Shown one piece after another: positions 34,873-44,337 of a stretch of 64,000 nucleotides of DNA. Source of the stretch: Nannocystales bacterium (lineage in GTDB: Bacteria > Myxococcota_A > Polyangia > Nannocystales > Nannocystaceae). The number at the start of each line of letters is the position of its first letter. Position 1 is the first letter of the stretch. The stretch lies in contig JBOEGF010000002.1 of assembly GCA_050633305.1 (NCBI GenBank), forward strand, positions 89,317 to 153,316, in the 5' to 3' direction. Below the pieces are notes generated by a model, which searched no databases, was not told where the DNA came from, and was given only the letters and a program-made list of their open reading frames with translations. The translations under genes and the position numbers were made by a program.

Positions 34873-36333
34873 CTACGGTTCTCCAAACAGCGAGGTGTCG
34901 ACGATGCGGTGGATGAGGCGGTTTGCGGAGTGGCCGTCGCTGGGCAGGGTCTCGGCGAGCGACACCATGACCTCACGCTCGGGCCCGATCGCCGCGCGAC
35001 CCAGGGCGTGCTCGAACAGCGTCTGCGTCATCGCGGCGCGGAAGTACTCCGACTGCGATGCCACCTGTCCCCACTCGACCACGCTGTTCACCGGGACTCC
35101 AAGCAGCTGACTCCGCTGAGCCTCCGGATCCCAGTGCTCGATCCAGTTCGACGGACGGTTCTCGTCGTACAGGCCGATGTCGAAGGGAAACTCGATGCCG
35201 TGGTAGTAGGAGAACGCGTAGGCGAGCGGGTCGAGCGTCGAATGACACTGGGCGCACGCAGGCTCAGCCACCCCCTTGTCGTCGACATCGAGGGGCTCCC
35301 CTGCGACCGGAACGATGCCTTCGTTGTTGGACAGATCCATCCCCAAGTAGGCGCGATACGCTTGAGCCGCGGTGGTTCGCGGCAGGGCGCTGAACATGGT
35401 GTTGCTCATCAGGAACCACTGCGTGGTGAGCATGCCGGCGCGTTGTTCCGGCTCCAGTGGCTGGCCGCCTGCGACCGCGTCGTCCTCGTAGGTGTTTGGG
35501 ATGGCGCCTTCGACGGGGCTGAGCGTTCCGTCGACGTCCTCGAGCACGTGGTACTGCGCCGTCAACAGCTCACGAATGTCGCGGTCGTCGCTCAGCAAGT
35601 AGCGCCAGAGCCTGTAGTCCCAGTTGTAGTCGGCGAGTACGATGCGAAAGCCGTCGAAGTAGACTTGGGTCTCGGGGCCGACCGAGTAGATGGGCTTGAC
35701 CTTGGTATCGGCGAGCTGCCTCAGCCCCGTCGTTCGCCAGTAGGCGCCGTCGAGACACGCCGCAAGATCCTCGTGCAGTCGGGCGCGCTGTGCTTCACCG
35801 TCGAGTTCGCCGATCTGGTTCAGCGCCTCGTAGGTGGGTGAAGACCCGCAGTACAGGACCATCGCCCGGCGGTAGGCGAGCCGGACATCGTAGTCGCCGA
35901 CCCGGTACCAAGGGTTCTCGGAGTCCTCGTCGACCGGAACGGGCGACCACAGCGACTCCGCATTCCCCGGCTGGGTTCCGACGAGAATCTCATCGAGGTT
36001 CGACGCGCCATCACCATCGGCGTCCGCCCCCTCCACGGCGGCGAGTGCGTCGGCGAGTCCCGTGTCGAAGTCAGCGCCGTCGAGTGCCCCGAGCAGCGCC
36101 CCACCATACGCGTTCCACTGGGGCGGGTCGGTCGAGGGGTGGCACGTCTCGCACGTTGGCAAGCGGCCCAAGCAGTCGGGACTGGACGGATAGGTCTCGC
36201 ACAGCAGCGCGGGACCGGAAGGACGGGCCTCGGCAGGAGACGCGGCGAGCCACGTCAGCGCGAGGAGGGCCATGGGGGGTCCGAATCGCCGCGCACGCGC
36301 GGCCCCGAACCCTCGTGTATCGAGGGTGTTCAT
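34873..36333 (-). CDS. Exported di-haem DUF1588/DUF1585-like protein (module 2)
   Basis: Signal peptide ending AEA; CETCH followed by WNAYG...DADGDGASNLDEI; RAGMLTTQWFL...CAQCHSTLDPLAYAF; C-terminal FEHALGR...LIHRIV. Confidence 0.8.
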   Translation of the reverse strand: MNTLDTRGFGAARARRFGPPMALLALTWLAASPAEARPSGPALLCETYPSSPDCLGRLPTCETCHPSTDPPQWNAYGGALLGALDGADFDTGLADALAAVEGADADGDGASNLDEILVGTQPGNAESLWSPVPVDEDSENPWYRVGDYDVRLAYRRAMVLYCGSSPTYEALNQIGELDGEAQRARLHEDLAACLDGAYWRTTGLRQLADTKVKPIYSVGPETQVYFDGFRIVLADYNWDYRLWRYLLSDDRDIRELLTAQYHVLEDVDGTLSPVEGAIPNTYEDDAVAGGQPLEPEQRAGMLTTQWFLMSNTMFSALPRTTAAQAYRAYLGMDLSNNEGIVPVAGEPLDVDDKGVAEPACAQCHSTLDPLAYAFSYYHGIEFPFDIGLYDENRPSNWIEHWDPEAQRSQLLGVPVNSVVEWGQVASQSEYFRAAMTQTLFEHALGRAAIGPEREVMVSLAETLPSDGHSANRLIHRIVDTSLFGEP

Positions 36334-36397
36334 GTCGTTTCCTGGGGTTCAACACCGAGCGCCACCGGAGGTGTCACCGCGTCGGTGGGGCTCACGC

Positions 36398-37369
36398 TCA
36401 GTGTTCGCTGAGCTCGCACGGTTGCTCGCCGTGAATGTGCGGTGGGGGATCCAGCGCAACGGCGATAGAAATCAAGATCAAGCTGAGCACCACAAGCCGG
36501 CCGATCCAGCCGGCGAGGTGCTCCCAACGGGGGTCTTCTTCCACGCGGCCGCGCAGCATGGAGCGAGCCAAGGGGACCGCCAGAGCGAGCTGAACGAGCG
36601 CGGTCGCGGCCAAGACGTATGTCGCGGGCTCAAACACGCCATCGAGGTTTCCGGTGAGAGCCAACGACGCCACGAGCACGTTGAGGCCGAGATTCAGCCA
36701 GACACCCCACGCCCGCAGCCTGAACAAGCCGACGAGCGCGACGACCATCCCGACCGCGCACGCGTCGGTCAGCAGAAAGCGGTAGTCGTGAGACTGCGTG
36801 ACCGCGATGAGGGTAAGCGCATCGGACGAGGCCAGCACCAGCGCCCACGTCATCGCGACACGGTGGCCTGCGGGCGCGAAGGTGCCCGCGTATCGCTCAG
36901 GCTCCAGACCCTGGTCGCCCAGAACGAGACGCGCGACGCCAAAGGTGATCGAGGCAACAGGAAACAGGACCGGGAAGAGTCCGGGAACCCCGAGCATCCC
37001 CACCGTGCCCAGCACCAGAAAAGACCAACAGCAGGCCCTCACGTACATCTGCGCCCCGACCTGTGGAAACCAGACGGCCGCCGCACAGACCACGGCTGCG
37101 CCCACGGGAAACATACCCATCGCGACCACCTCGGATTGAGGCAACTGAGCGCAGACGCTCTCGACGATCGGATGCAGCAATATGCTGAGTATCCACGCCA
37201 TGACACTTGAGACACACGCGATCGTGACTACGAGTCGTCGGCCGGCCCGGGCACGGGTGCACCGAATCAGGGTCCGCTCGAAGGCCGCGACCGGTGGTGG
37301 CGTGGGCGTGCTGGACTGAACTTGCGCCAAGACAGCGTCGAAGTCGTACCGTTCGCTCGATCCGCTCAT
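36398..37369 (-). CDS. Polytopic membrane protein, probable anti-sigma partner
   Basis: About 8-9 hydrophobic segments after a short soluble N-terminus; ATGA-coupled to the ECF sigma gene. Confidence 0.75.
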   Translation of the reverse strand: MSGSSERYDFDAVLAQVQSSTPTPPPVAAFERTLIRCTRARAGRRLVVTIACVSSVMAWILSILLHPIVESVCAQLPQSEVVAMGMFPVGAAVVCAAAVWFPQVGAQMYVRACCWSFLVLGTVGMLGVPGLFPVLFPVASITFGVARLVLGDQGLEPERYAGTFAPAGHRVAMTWALVLASSDALTLIAVTQSHDYRFLLTDACAVGMVVALVGLFRLRAWGVWLNLGLNVLVASLALTGNLDGVFEPATYVLAATALVQLALAVPLARSMLRGRVEEDPRWEHLAGWIGRLVVLSLILISIAVALDPPPHIHGEQPCELSEH

Positions 37370-37923
37370 GGGGTCCCACTCCCCTCTACGCTCGCGCGAA
37401 GCATCGACTCCGCTCGGGAGGCGCGAGCGTGTGCGGTGGAGGTCGCGAGACTCAGGAGGCGTGCCACGTCCTTGAGGGGAAGCTGCTGCACGTAGCGAAG
37501 CACGAACACCTCGCGAAGGTTGTCGGGCAGACCGTCGAGTGCATCGTGAAAACGAGCCAACGCGCGCTGCTCTCTCAAGACGTCCTCGGGTGTTGCGAGG
37601 GTGTTCTCGGGCTCGGGAAGCCGGGCGGCCGCCCGCCGCCGTCGCTTGGCTCGATGGTTACGCGCGACGTTGAGTGCGATGCCGTGCAACCAGGTGCGCT
37701 CTGACGACGCACCCCGGAACCCCTCGAGGGCCTCGTACGCTCGGATGAAGGTCTCGTTGACGAGGTCATCGGTCGCATCGGCGTCACGGGTCAGCACGGA
37801 GATCTGCCGCGCAATCGCATCCCGGTGGGCGCCGTACAGGGCCCGAATCCGGGTATGCCGCGTCTCCTGAACGTCGGCGCGAGCCATTTCGGCGGGCAGC
37901 GGTTGTCGCGGCAACGCGGTCAC
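37366..37923 (-). CDS. ECF RNA polymerase sigma factor
   Basis: Region 2 DDLVNETFIRAY...FRGASSERTWLHGIALNVARNH; region 4 LPDNLREVFVLRY...LKDVARLL. Confidence 0.92.
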   Translation of the reverse strand: MTALPRQPLPAEMARADVQETRHTRIRALYGAHRDAIARQISVLTRDADATDDLVNETFIRAYEALEGFRGASSERTWLHGIALNVARNHRAKRRRRAAARLPEPENTLATPEDVLREQRALARFHDALDGLPDNLREVFVLRYVQQLPLKDVARLLSLATSTAHARASRAESMLRASVEGSGTP

Positions 37924-37942
37924 CTGTGTATGAGTGTCGCGG

Positions 37943-37962
37943 CGACCTGGTTTTCCAGGTCG
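37943..37962. promoter_or_regulatory. Perfect 8-bp hairpin upstream of the ECF gene
   Basis: CGACCTGG-tttt-CCAGGTCG between the esterase stop (38000) and the sigma start (37923). Confidence 0.4.
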
Positions 37963-37999
37963 AAGCCCCGTAGGCGGCGAGGCGCCTCAGGCGCGAGCC

Positions 38000-39814
38000 T
38001 CACCGCAGCGGCAGGTTCCAGAAACTAAGCATGCCTAGACCCGTCTCACTGGTGATCCAGGGACCCGCGAGCACGTGCCCGCGGTAGGTGATCCCCGTCG
38101 CATCGGTCGCTGGGCCCGAGAGCATCAGCCGCACCTCGCCTGCTTCGGCGCTGCCGCCGACGACAGTCACCGCGGACCCCTCCACGACAAAATCCGCCTC
38201 GGCGCCGGGGTCGTAGGTCATGGGCTCGTCGGCGTTGCGTAGCGAGATCACGATCTGCATTCCATCGTCCTCCAACGTCGCGCTCATGGGGTTGGGGGGC
38301 TGGACATCTGCGGCAGGCGTCTCTGCGTACAGGTCCCTCCCCAGCAATGCGGCGTAGCGCTCGCCGAGCACCTCGTAGCCCTCGGCGTACGCGTAGTGAC
38401 ATCCGTCGTGCCCATCCAGGCCGTTGGTCGACATGACGGTGACGCCGTCCATCGTATCTGGAAGCGTCCGCTGCCACTCGCGGGTCCGAATGTGGTTGCC
38501 CCCACACCCTTCACGAAGCTGGGTCACGTAGAGCTGCTCGATGTCGGGGTAGTCCTCCGACCAGTCCTCGATCAGGGCTTCGAACCCGGTGGAATGGGCC
38601 TCCCAAGCCTCTCCGTCGGACTCCCCTTGGTACCAGAGAATCGCCCGCACATCGTCCGTCAAGCCGGCGGCCTGCATCCGATACAGCAGGCGGCCATAGT
38701 TGGTGGCCAAGTCGACCGGGTCCTCGTCGTTGCGCTCGAAGTAGCCGATCGGTTGGCCGCCCAAAGAACCGTTGATCACGGCGACGGGTACCTCATGCGC
38801 TTCGGACAAGACGTTCGCCATGCGAATCGCCCACTGACCGATACTGCCAGCGGCGTTGGAGCCGTTGCCTTGGGCGGGGAACCAAGCCACCGTGTCCGCC
38901 GTCGTGCTGGGGTCGACCACGTTGATCCCGAAGCTGCGAAGGAACGGCGTCTGGTTGACGTTCGCATCCCCGTTGTACATGGCCGCAAACGCATTCGACT
39001 GGCCGTTGATGAGATAGATATCCCCAGAGACCAGGTCTGTCACCTCGGCGAGAGGCGCCTCGAGGTCGCCCACCGCGGCCACGAGCTGGACATCGTAGGC
39101 TTGGAGACCCGCGACGATCGGGACCTCGAGCTCAAAGGAGAACGGAGCGGCCCCGCACACGGGCACCGAGAAGCTCCCGGTCTGCACCCCGTCGGCGAAC
39201 ACGTTGGCCCTGACCTCCCCGAACCCATCGGTGTCGAGGGTCCCGACGAAGCGGGCCGTGCCCTCGTTGGTCACAAGGTCGCGGGGGAGAACCGCACTGG
39301 CCAGTGGCATCTCCAGCAGGGTGGCCGTCGCGGTTTTCGGAGGCGGCGCCAGGAGAGTCGACACAGTGGCCACCGCCGAGGCGACCGCACCATCGTCATC
39401 GGTGACCTCGAGCGTGACGTCGGCGCAGCCCTCGGCACTGGGGTCGAACGATGCTGTCTCACCCGTCGCCTCCCCGCTGGGCCAATCCCAAGACCAGACC
39501 ACCACGTCTCCGTCGGGGTCGGAGCTCAGGCTCCCGTCCAGCTCTACCGTCCACGGTTGCAGGCCGGACAGCCTCGCCACCTCGATGACCGCCGTAGGGG
39601 GTTGGTTCGGCGCGGCGCCCGAAGACTCCGAGCTTCCGCTGGAATCCAGGTCCGTGGTGCTTGCCGTCTCAGAGCCCGTTGCGACCGACCCGGTGGACCC
39701 CTGGGTCACGGCGCCGCCCGACGAGGCATCGGTATCCGTGTCGGTCTCGGAGCTGCCCCCCGCACCGCCGCAGCCGACCAGCAACAACGCTCCAACGATC
39801 GAGGACGCCCGCAT
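38000..39814 (-). CDS. Sialate O-acetylesterase (SASA/SGNH) domain lipoprotein with PKD domain
   Basis: LLLVGC lipobox; LDGSLSSDPDGDVVVWSWDW...LEVTDDDG (PKD); GQSN, LWYQGESD, DGCHY catalytic motifs. Confidence 0.9.
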   Translation of the reverse strand: MRASSIVGALLLVGCGGAGGSSETDTDTDASSGGAVTQGSTGSVATGSETASTTDLDSSGSSESSGAAPNQPPTAVIEVARLSGLQPWTVELDGSLSSDPDGDVVVWSWDWPSGEATGETASFDPSAEGCADVTLEVTDDDGAVASAVATVSTLLAPPPKTATATLLEMPLASAVLPRDLVTNEGTARFVGTLDTDGFGEVRANVFADGVQTGSFSVPVCGAAPFSFELEVPIVAGLQAYDVQLVAAVGDLEAPLAEVTDLVSGDIYLINGQSNAFAAMYNGDANVNQTPFLRSFGINVVDPSTTADTVAWFPAQGNGSNAAGSIGQWAIRMANVLSEAHEVPVAVINGSLGGQPIGYFERNDEDPVDLATNYGRLLYRMQAAGLTDDVRAILWYQGESDGEAWEAHSTGFEALIEDWSEDYPDIEQLYVTQLREGCGGNHIRTREWQRTLPDTMDGVTVMSTNGLDGHDGCHYAYAEGYEVLGERYAALLGRDLYAETPAADVQPPNPMSATLEDDGMQIVISLRNADEPMTYDPGAEADFVVEGSAVTVVGGSAEAGEVRLMLSGPATDATGITYRGHVLAGPWITSETGLGMLSFWNLPLR

Positions 39815-39898
39815 CACGGCACAGCCTACGGACTCAGGGACAACCAATGCAAAGCGCCCGGCGGATGAGTCCGACGGGCGCTGCCAGAGGAAGAAGGC

Positions 39899-40222
39899 TT
39901 ACTCCTTCTTCTCTTCTTCTTTCTTGTCGTCGCCGGCGCCTTCGGATTCCATGGCGCACTTCATGACGCCGCCCATGTCGGAGACGCCCATGACGCAGTC
40001 GGACATCTTCTTGAACTTCTCGGGGTCCTTCTTCTGCTCTTCCCCAGCTTCTTTCTTGCACTTCTCGAGGTCAGCCATTTCTTTCTTGGCTTCCTCAGGG
40101 AGGTCTTTCTCTTTCTCCGCGAGCTCGGCCATCTTCTTGCAGACCTTGGTGACGTCGTCGTCGCAGCCGGAGAGGGTCGTGACAGCGAAAGCGAGGCCGA
40201 GGAGGAGTGTTGTCTTGCGCAT
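39899..40222 (-). CDS. Small Lys/Glu-rich lipoprotein with four Cys beyond the lipobox
   Basis: MRKTTLLLGLAFAVTTLSGC-DDDVTKVCKKM...KCKKE...DCVM...KCAM. Confidence 0.85.
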   Translation of the reverse strand: MRKTTLLLGLAFAVTTLSGCDDDVTKVCKKMAELAEKEKDLPEEAKKEMADLEKCKKEAGEEQKKDPEKFKKMSDCVMGVSDMGGVMKCAMESEGAGDDKKEEEKKE

Positions 40223-40520
40223 CGGGTTTTTCCTACTTCTTCGTGGAGTCGTTCGCCTTGCGATGCTTCTCCGGGGACGGAGACCACCAATTGGTCGGCG
40301 GAACGGGTGGACGACATAGTGCGACGCGACGGCCCATCGTTCAATCGGGTAGAGGGTGACTTGTCCCAAAAGACCCCCAGTGGCACCTGAACGCGGTTCT
40401 ATGGAGCGTGGCGGGTCTTCGCGAGGGGTTTCTTGGCGGGGCTCGCTGCCCCAACACGGTGCAAAACGGGGCACGCGCAGCCCATGCCTCCTGGGTCTCG
40501 GCACCCCGAGGCCGCGGGTG

Positions 40521-41261
40521 TCAGCGACCGCTGAGGAAACGCAGACGTTGGAAAACGGTCTCGGGCAGGCTTCGAACCACGCCCATGATCGGAGCCCAGT
40601 ACCGCGGCACGTACGCCTCCCCCCCTGCTCCATCGAGCTGGCGCACGATCGAGTCCGCGACGCCCTGCGCCGTGGCGAAGAGAGCGTTCTTCTCGTGACT
40701 GTGGGTCATCGGTGTATCCACCGGGCCGAGCTTCAGCGTGTGCACATGAACGCCGGCATCCCAGAGCCGACTGCGTACGCCTTGCAGGTACAGCGTCAGG
40801 GCGCCCTTTGCCGCACCATACGTGTAGTTCCGAGGACGGCCGCGCTCGCCCGCGACCGAACTCATCACCCCAAGATGACCGCGTCCCTGTTCCTCGAGCA
40901 CGTTGGCGAGCGGAAGAACGAGCGAAACAACGCTGAGCAGGTTGGTTCGCAGGACGGCCTCGGCGCTGTGCCAGGCCCGCTCGGTTTCGAGCTGGTCGCC
41001 AAGGAGTCCGTGTGCGACGAGCGCGATATCGACCGAGCCCAGACGGTCCAGCACCTCACCGACTCTGCGCGCGTTGGCATCGGTGTCGTCGAGATCCGCA
41101 ACCATGTGGCCCACGCAACAGTCACCGAGTGCGTGAACGAGGGTCTGTAGCTTCGCAGGGTTGCGCCCAACCACGAACAGTCGGTCACCGCGGGTTGCGT
41201 ACAGCTTGGCGACCGCCTGCGCGATGGCGGACGTCGCCCCGAAGATCAACACGTTGGCCAT
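40521..41261 (-). CDS. Short-chain dehydrogenase, DprE2-like subfamily
   Basis: VLIFGATSAIA, SSVAGERGR..NYTYGAAK (YxxxK), KLGPVDTPMT. Confidence 0.88.
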   Translation of the reverse strand: MANVLIFGATSAIAQAVAKLYATRGDRLFVVGRNPAKLQTLVHALGDCCVGHMVADLDDTDANARRVGEVLDRLGSVDIALVAHGLLGDQLETERAWHSAEAVLRTNLLSVVSLVLPLANVLEEQGRGHLGVMSSVAGERGRPRNYTYGAAKGALTLYLQGVRSRLWDAGVHVHTLKLGPVDTPMTHSHEKNALFATAQGVADSIVRQLDGAGGEAYVPRYWAPIMGVVRSLPETVFQRLRFLSGR

Positions 41262-41372
41262 TGGCCGGAGGCTACCGCGACGCGACCACACGACCCGCTT
41301 CAACTCGCAAAGAACGTCTCAGCGGGGCGTGAACCTCGGCTGGTAACCTTGGCCATCGTGCGCGGATGGAGG

Positions 41373-42413
41373 ATGGGCGTGTTGGGGGTGGTCACGCTGA
41401 GTGCGTGCGGCCTCGACTCGACGTACATCTGTCTCTCCGACGCGCAGTGCAACGACGGCAACCAGGCGGGTCGATGCGAACCCGACGGATACTGCAGTTT
41501 TCAAGACGACGAGTGCTCTTCGGGGCGGCGCTATGGCACCTGGGCACCCACCGCCTTGGCTCAGGCCTGCGTAGACAGCAGCGCAGCCCCGACCACCGCC
41601 GGCACTTCCACAGAAGAACCACCAACCACGACAACGACCTTCGAAGCTTCTTCGACCGGAGTTGGGACCACAACCCTGGGCTCCACCGACACGACAGGTG
41701 GTTCGAGCAGCAGCTCCTCCGGAGACAAGTCCAGCGAAAGCTCATCGTCGGGGTCCACCGACGTCCCCGACCCGGATCTGATCGCCTGGTACCGGTTCGA
41801 CAGCATCGAGGAGAACATGGTTGCCGATCACAGCGGCAACGACCACGTGGCGAGCTGCGAGGCGTGTCCGACCATCCTCGACGGTGTCTACGGCGGCGCG
41901 ATCGAGACCGACGGTGCCGGACAGCACTTGGTCGTCGCAAACACACCGACCCTCGCAACGCAGACGTGGACGCTCGCCGCGTGGGTCTTCTCGGAAGCTC
42001 CCCCGTCGACCTTTGTCACGGTCGTCGGCAAGCCGCTCGGGGTCGGCGTGGCCAACTCCTACGAGATGGGCATGAGCCTTGCGGGGACCAACACACGCGT
42101 CGCTGCTGGGTGGAGCAGCACCTCGGCCTCCCAAGGGCTTTCCCTGACGCTCCCCGCCTCGCAGGAGTGGTTTCATGTCGCCGCGACCCTCAGTGACACG
42201 TCCGCCACGCTGTACCTCGATGGCGAAGTCGTCGACCAAGAAGCGGTCACAGTCGTTCCGTCGTTCGACGACAGTGACCTCTACATCGGCGCCGACGTGG
42301 ACAACCTCACCGTTGAGAACTTCTTGGCGGGACGCATCGACGACCTCCGGATCTACCGACGCGCGCTCACCGAAGACGAGGTCGCGGTGATCATGAACGG
42401 CGAGAATCTATGA
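41373..42413 (+). CDS. LamG-like jelly-roll lipoprotein
   Basis: TLSAC lipobox; Cys module; LIAWYRFD...DHSGND...WFHVAAT...LYLDG...GRIDDLRIYRRALT. Confidence 0.9.
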   Translation: MGVLGVVTLSACGLDSTYICLSDAQCNDGNQAGRCEPDGYCSFQDDECSSGRRYGTWAPTALAQACVDSSAAPTTAGTSTEEPPTTTTTFEASSTGVGTTTLGSTDTTGGSSSSSSGDKSSESSSSGSTDVPDPDLIAWYRFDSIEENMVADHSGNDHVASCEACPTILDGVYGGAIETDGAGQHLVVANTPTLATQTWTLAAWVFSEAPPSTFVTVVGKPLGVGVANSYEMGMSLAGTNTRVAAGWSSTSASQGLSLTLPASQEWFHVAATLSDTSATLYLDGEVVDQEAVTVVPSFDDSDLYIGADVDNLTVENFLAGRIDDLRIYRRALTEDEVAVIMNGENL

Positions 42414-42473
42414 GGCCTCGCCACCGCATCTCCGGTGCGTGACCATGAGCCTCGAGCCACGCAATTGTGAGCC

Positions 42474-42897
42474 GTGCGCGGGTCTCTGGTCACCGTTGCA
42501 GGGGTGTTGGGACTCCTGTGTGCCTGTACGAGCGAGCCGGGACATCGAACTCGGGTCGGAACTCGGCAGCCTCGACGTACGCACCCTCGCAAACCAGGGC
42601 GACGACTTCGAGCCGAGCTGCGCCCCCTCTACGGGACCCGACGTGGCGTACTGGTGGACCGCCCCGGTTCCCGGTGAATACGAATTCACCGCGACCGGCG
42701 CCATGTTCAGCGGGGTGACGATCCAGCTTCTCGACGGCTGCGACAGCGAGCTGCGGTGCGGAGAGCCGCTTCTGAACCCCTGGTCTGCCTCCCTCCGGCA
42801 CGACCTCGACCAAGGAGAGTCGGTGATCATCGTCGTGGACGGCGAGAATGGCGAGGACGAGATGTACGAACTGACGGTCGCCTTGGTCACCGACTAG
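42474..42897 (+). pseudogene. Frameshifted lipoprotein with PPC-like domain (or sequencing error)
   Basis: Signal peptide VRGSLVTVAGVLGLLCAC-TSEP in one frame; body DIELGSELG...SCAPSTGPDVAYWWTAP..GEY.F...IVVDG in the next frame; one extra G at 42539-42541 separates them. Confidence 0.6.
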
Positions 42898-42999
42898 GAG
42901 GGCGTTGGGCGCGGCGGTCATCGGCGTTGGCGCGTTCACCAACTCCGCTCTCGCGTCGATTCCAGTCCCAGCACGCGCTGGCGTTGCTAGCGTCCTCCA

Positions 43000-44298
43000 A
43001 TGCGATCGCGAACCGGACTCGCCGCACTGTTGGCCATGTTCGCATGTGGTCCCGCCGTAGGTGCTGGAGACACGAGCCAGTCAGGGAGCGGCGGAGCGTC
43101 GACCAGCGCCGAGACCTCCCCGACGCCCACAACTTCGGGAGCAGAGTCCGGAGCCGAGTCGCTCGGGTCCAGCACTGCGGGCACCCGAGAGCCAGCCTGC
43201 GGAAACGGCATCGTCGAAGGGGACGAGGGCTGCGACGACGGGAACCCGGAGAACGCTGACGGGTGCAACACCCTGTGCGAAGTCAGCGGCTCGATCCGCT
43301 GGGTCGAGTTTCTCCCCGGAGGCTTTACCGTCGGGCTCAGCGCACGGGAGGGCCGCGCCGTGGCGGGGATCCAACAGTTCGACAACGGCTTTGAGCCCAC
43401 GGTCGCGCTCGCAGGCCGCGACAGCCTCGGCAGCTCGTTCGGGGACTACCTGGACGTCGGAGGTCTTTCGGACCGCGACATCGCCCAGGCCCCGATCGCC
43501 CTGCTCCCCGACGGCCGGGTTGCGCTGGGATACGCCGCCGTCGGCCCCCGTCTGGGTCCCGTGACCAGGAACTTCGGCGTCCTGGACTTCGAGGGCAACG
43601 CCATCGCGGCTGCGATCGACGACGAGCAGATCGGAGCGCAGTACTTCGGAACCGCCTACCACCCAACGGGCGCTCTGGTGCTGCGGGGAGCCCAGGTCGA
43701 CGGAGGGCAACAACTGGTGCTCGAGCAATACTCGGAGTCCGCTGTGCTCCTCGGCTCGTTTCCGCTGGGCCTCAGCGTGTCCGAGAACCTCCCGCCCCGC
43801 CGTGGAGCGCTCCCCGAGCGGCACTCCTCGATGGCGCTGGTCTTCACCACGACCGCCGCCGGCGGTATCGACTTGCATTCCAACCCGTCATTCGGCGGCT
43901 GGTACTCGAACGCGGTGGGCTCGCGCGAGCGGGGCGCAGCGATCTCCAGCTTCTCGGAGGACACGGAGTTGCGCTTGTGGACCGGGACCGAAGTGGTCGT
44001 TTTCGATGCGCTGGACCACGCCCTCGAGCGCGAGACGTTGTCGCTCGAAGGGGAGCTTCTTTGGGCCGATGCGCAGGGGCTGGTCGTCGGCCTCGACCGC
44101 GAAATCGTGCTCTACGGCAGCGATGGGGCGGAGCGCCTCTCGGTTGGCCTCCCACAGATCCCCGATGGCGAGGAGCTACGGCCTCAGTACGTCCGGCCTG
44201 ACCCCGAGCACGGAGGGCTGTTCGTGCTCGCCGACGCCGGCATCCCTGCGGACCCGAGCACAGCGGCTCAGACGGCGATGTTCTACGTGGTCCGCTAG
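43000..44298 (+). CDS. Lipoprotein with myxobacterial Cys-rich repeat (DUF4215-like)
   Basis: LAMFAC lipobox; CGNGIVEGDEGCDDGNPENADGCNTLC. Confidence 0.85.
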   Translation: MRSRTGLAALLAMFACGPAVGAGDTSQSGSGGASTSAETSPTPTTSGAESGAESLGSSTAGTREPACGNGIVEGDEGCDDGNPENADGCNTLCEVSGSIRWVEFLPGGFTVGLSAREGRAVAGIQQFDNGFEPTVALAGRDSLGSSFGDYLDVGGLSDRDIAQAPIALLPDGRVALGYAAVGPRLGPVTRNFGVLDFEGNAIAAAIDDEQIGAQYFGTAYHPTGALVLRGAQVDGGQQLVLEQYSESAVLLGSFPLGLSVSENLPPRRGALPERHSSMALVFTTTAAGGIDLHSNPSFGGWYSNAVGSRERGAAISSFSEDTELRLWTGTEVVVFDALDHALERETLSLEGELLWADAQGLVVGLDREIVLYGSDGAERLSVGLPQIPDGEELRPQYVRPDPEHGGLFVLADAGIPADPSTAAQTAMFYVVR

Positions 44299-44337
44299 TT
44301 TCTTGGCCCACAGCGTAGTCTGGGGCAGCTTCGGTCC

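Noticed and set aside
38396..40319. Long plus-strand ORFs 38396..39868 and 39204..40319
   Set aside because: Shadows of the esterase and small lipoprotein genes.
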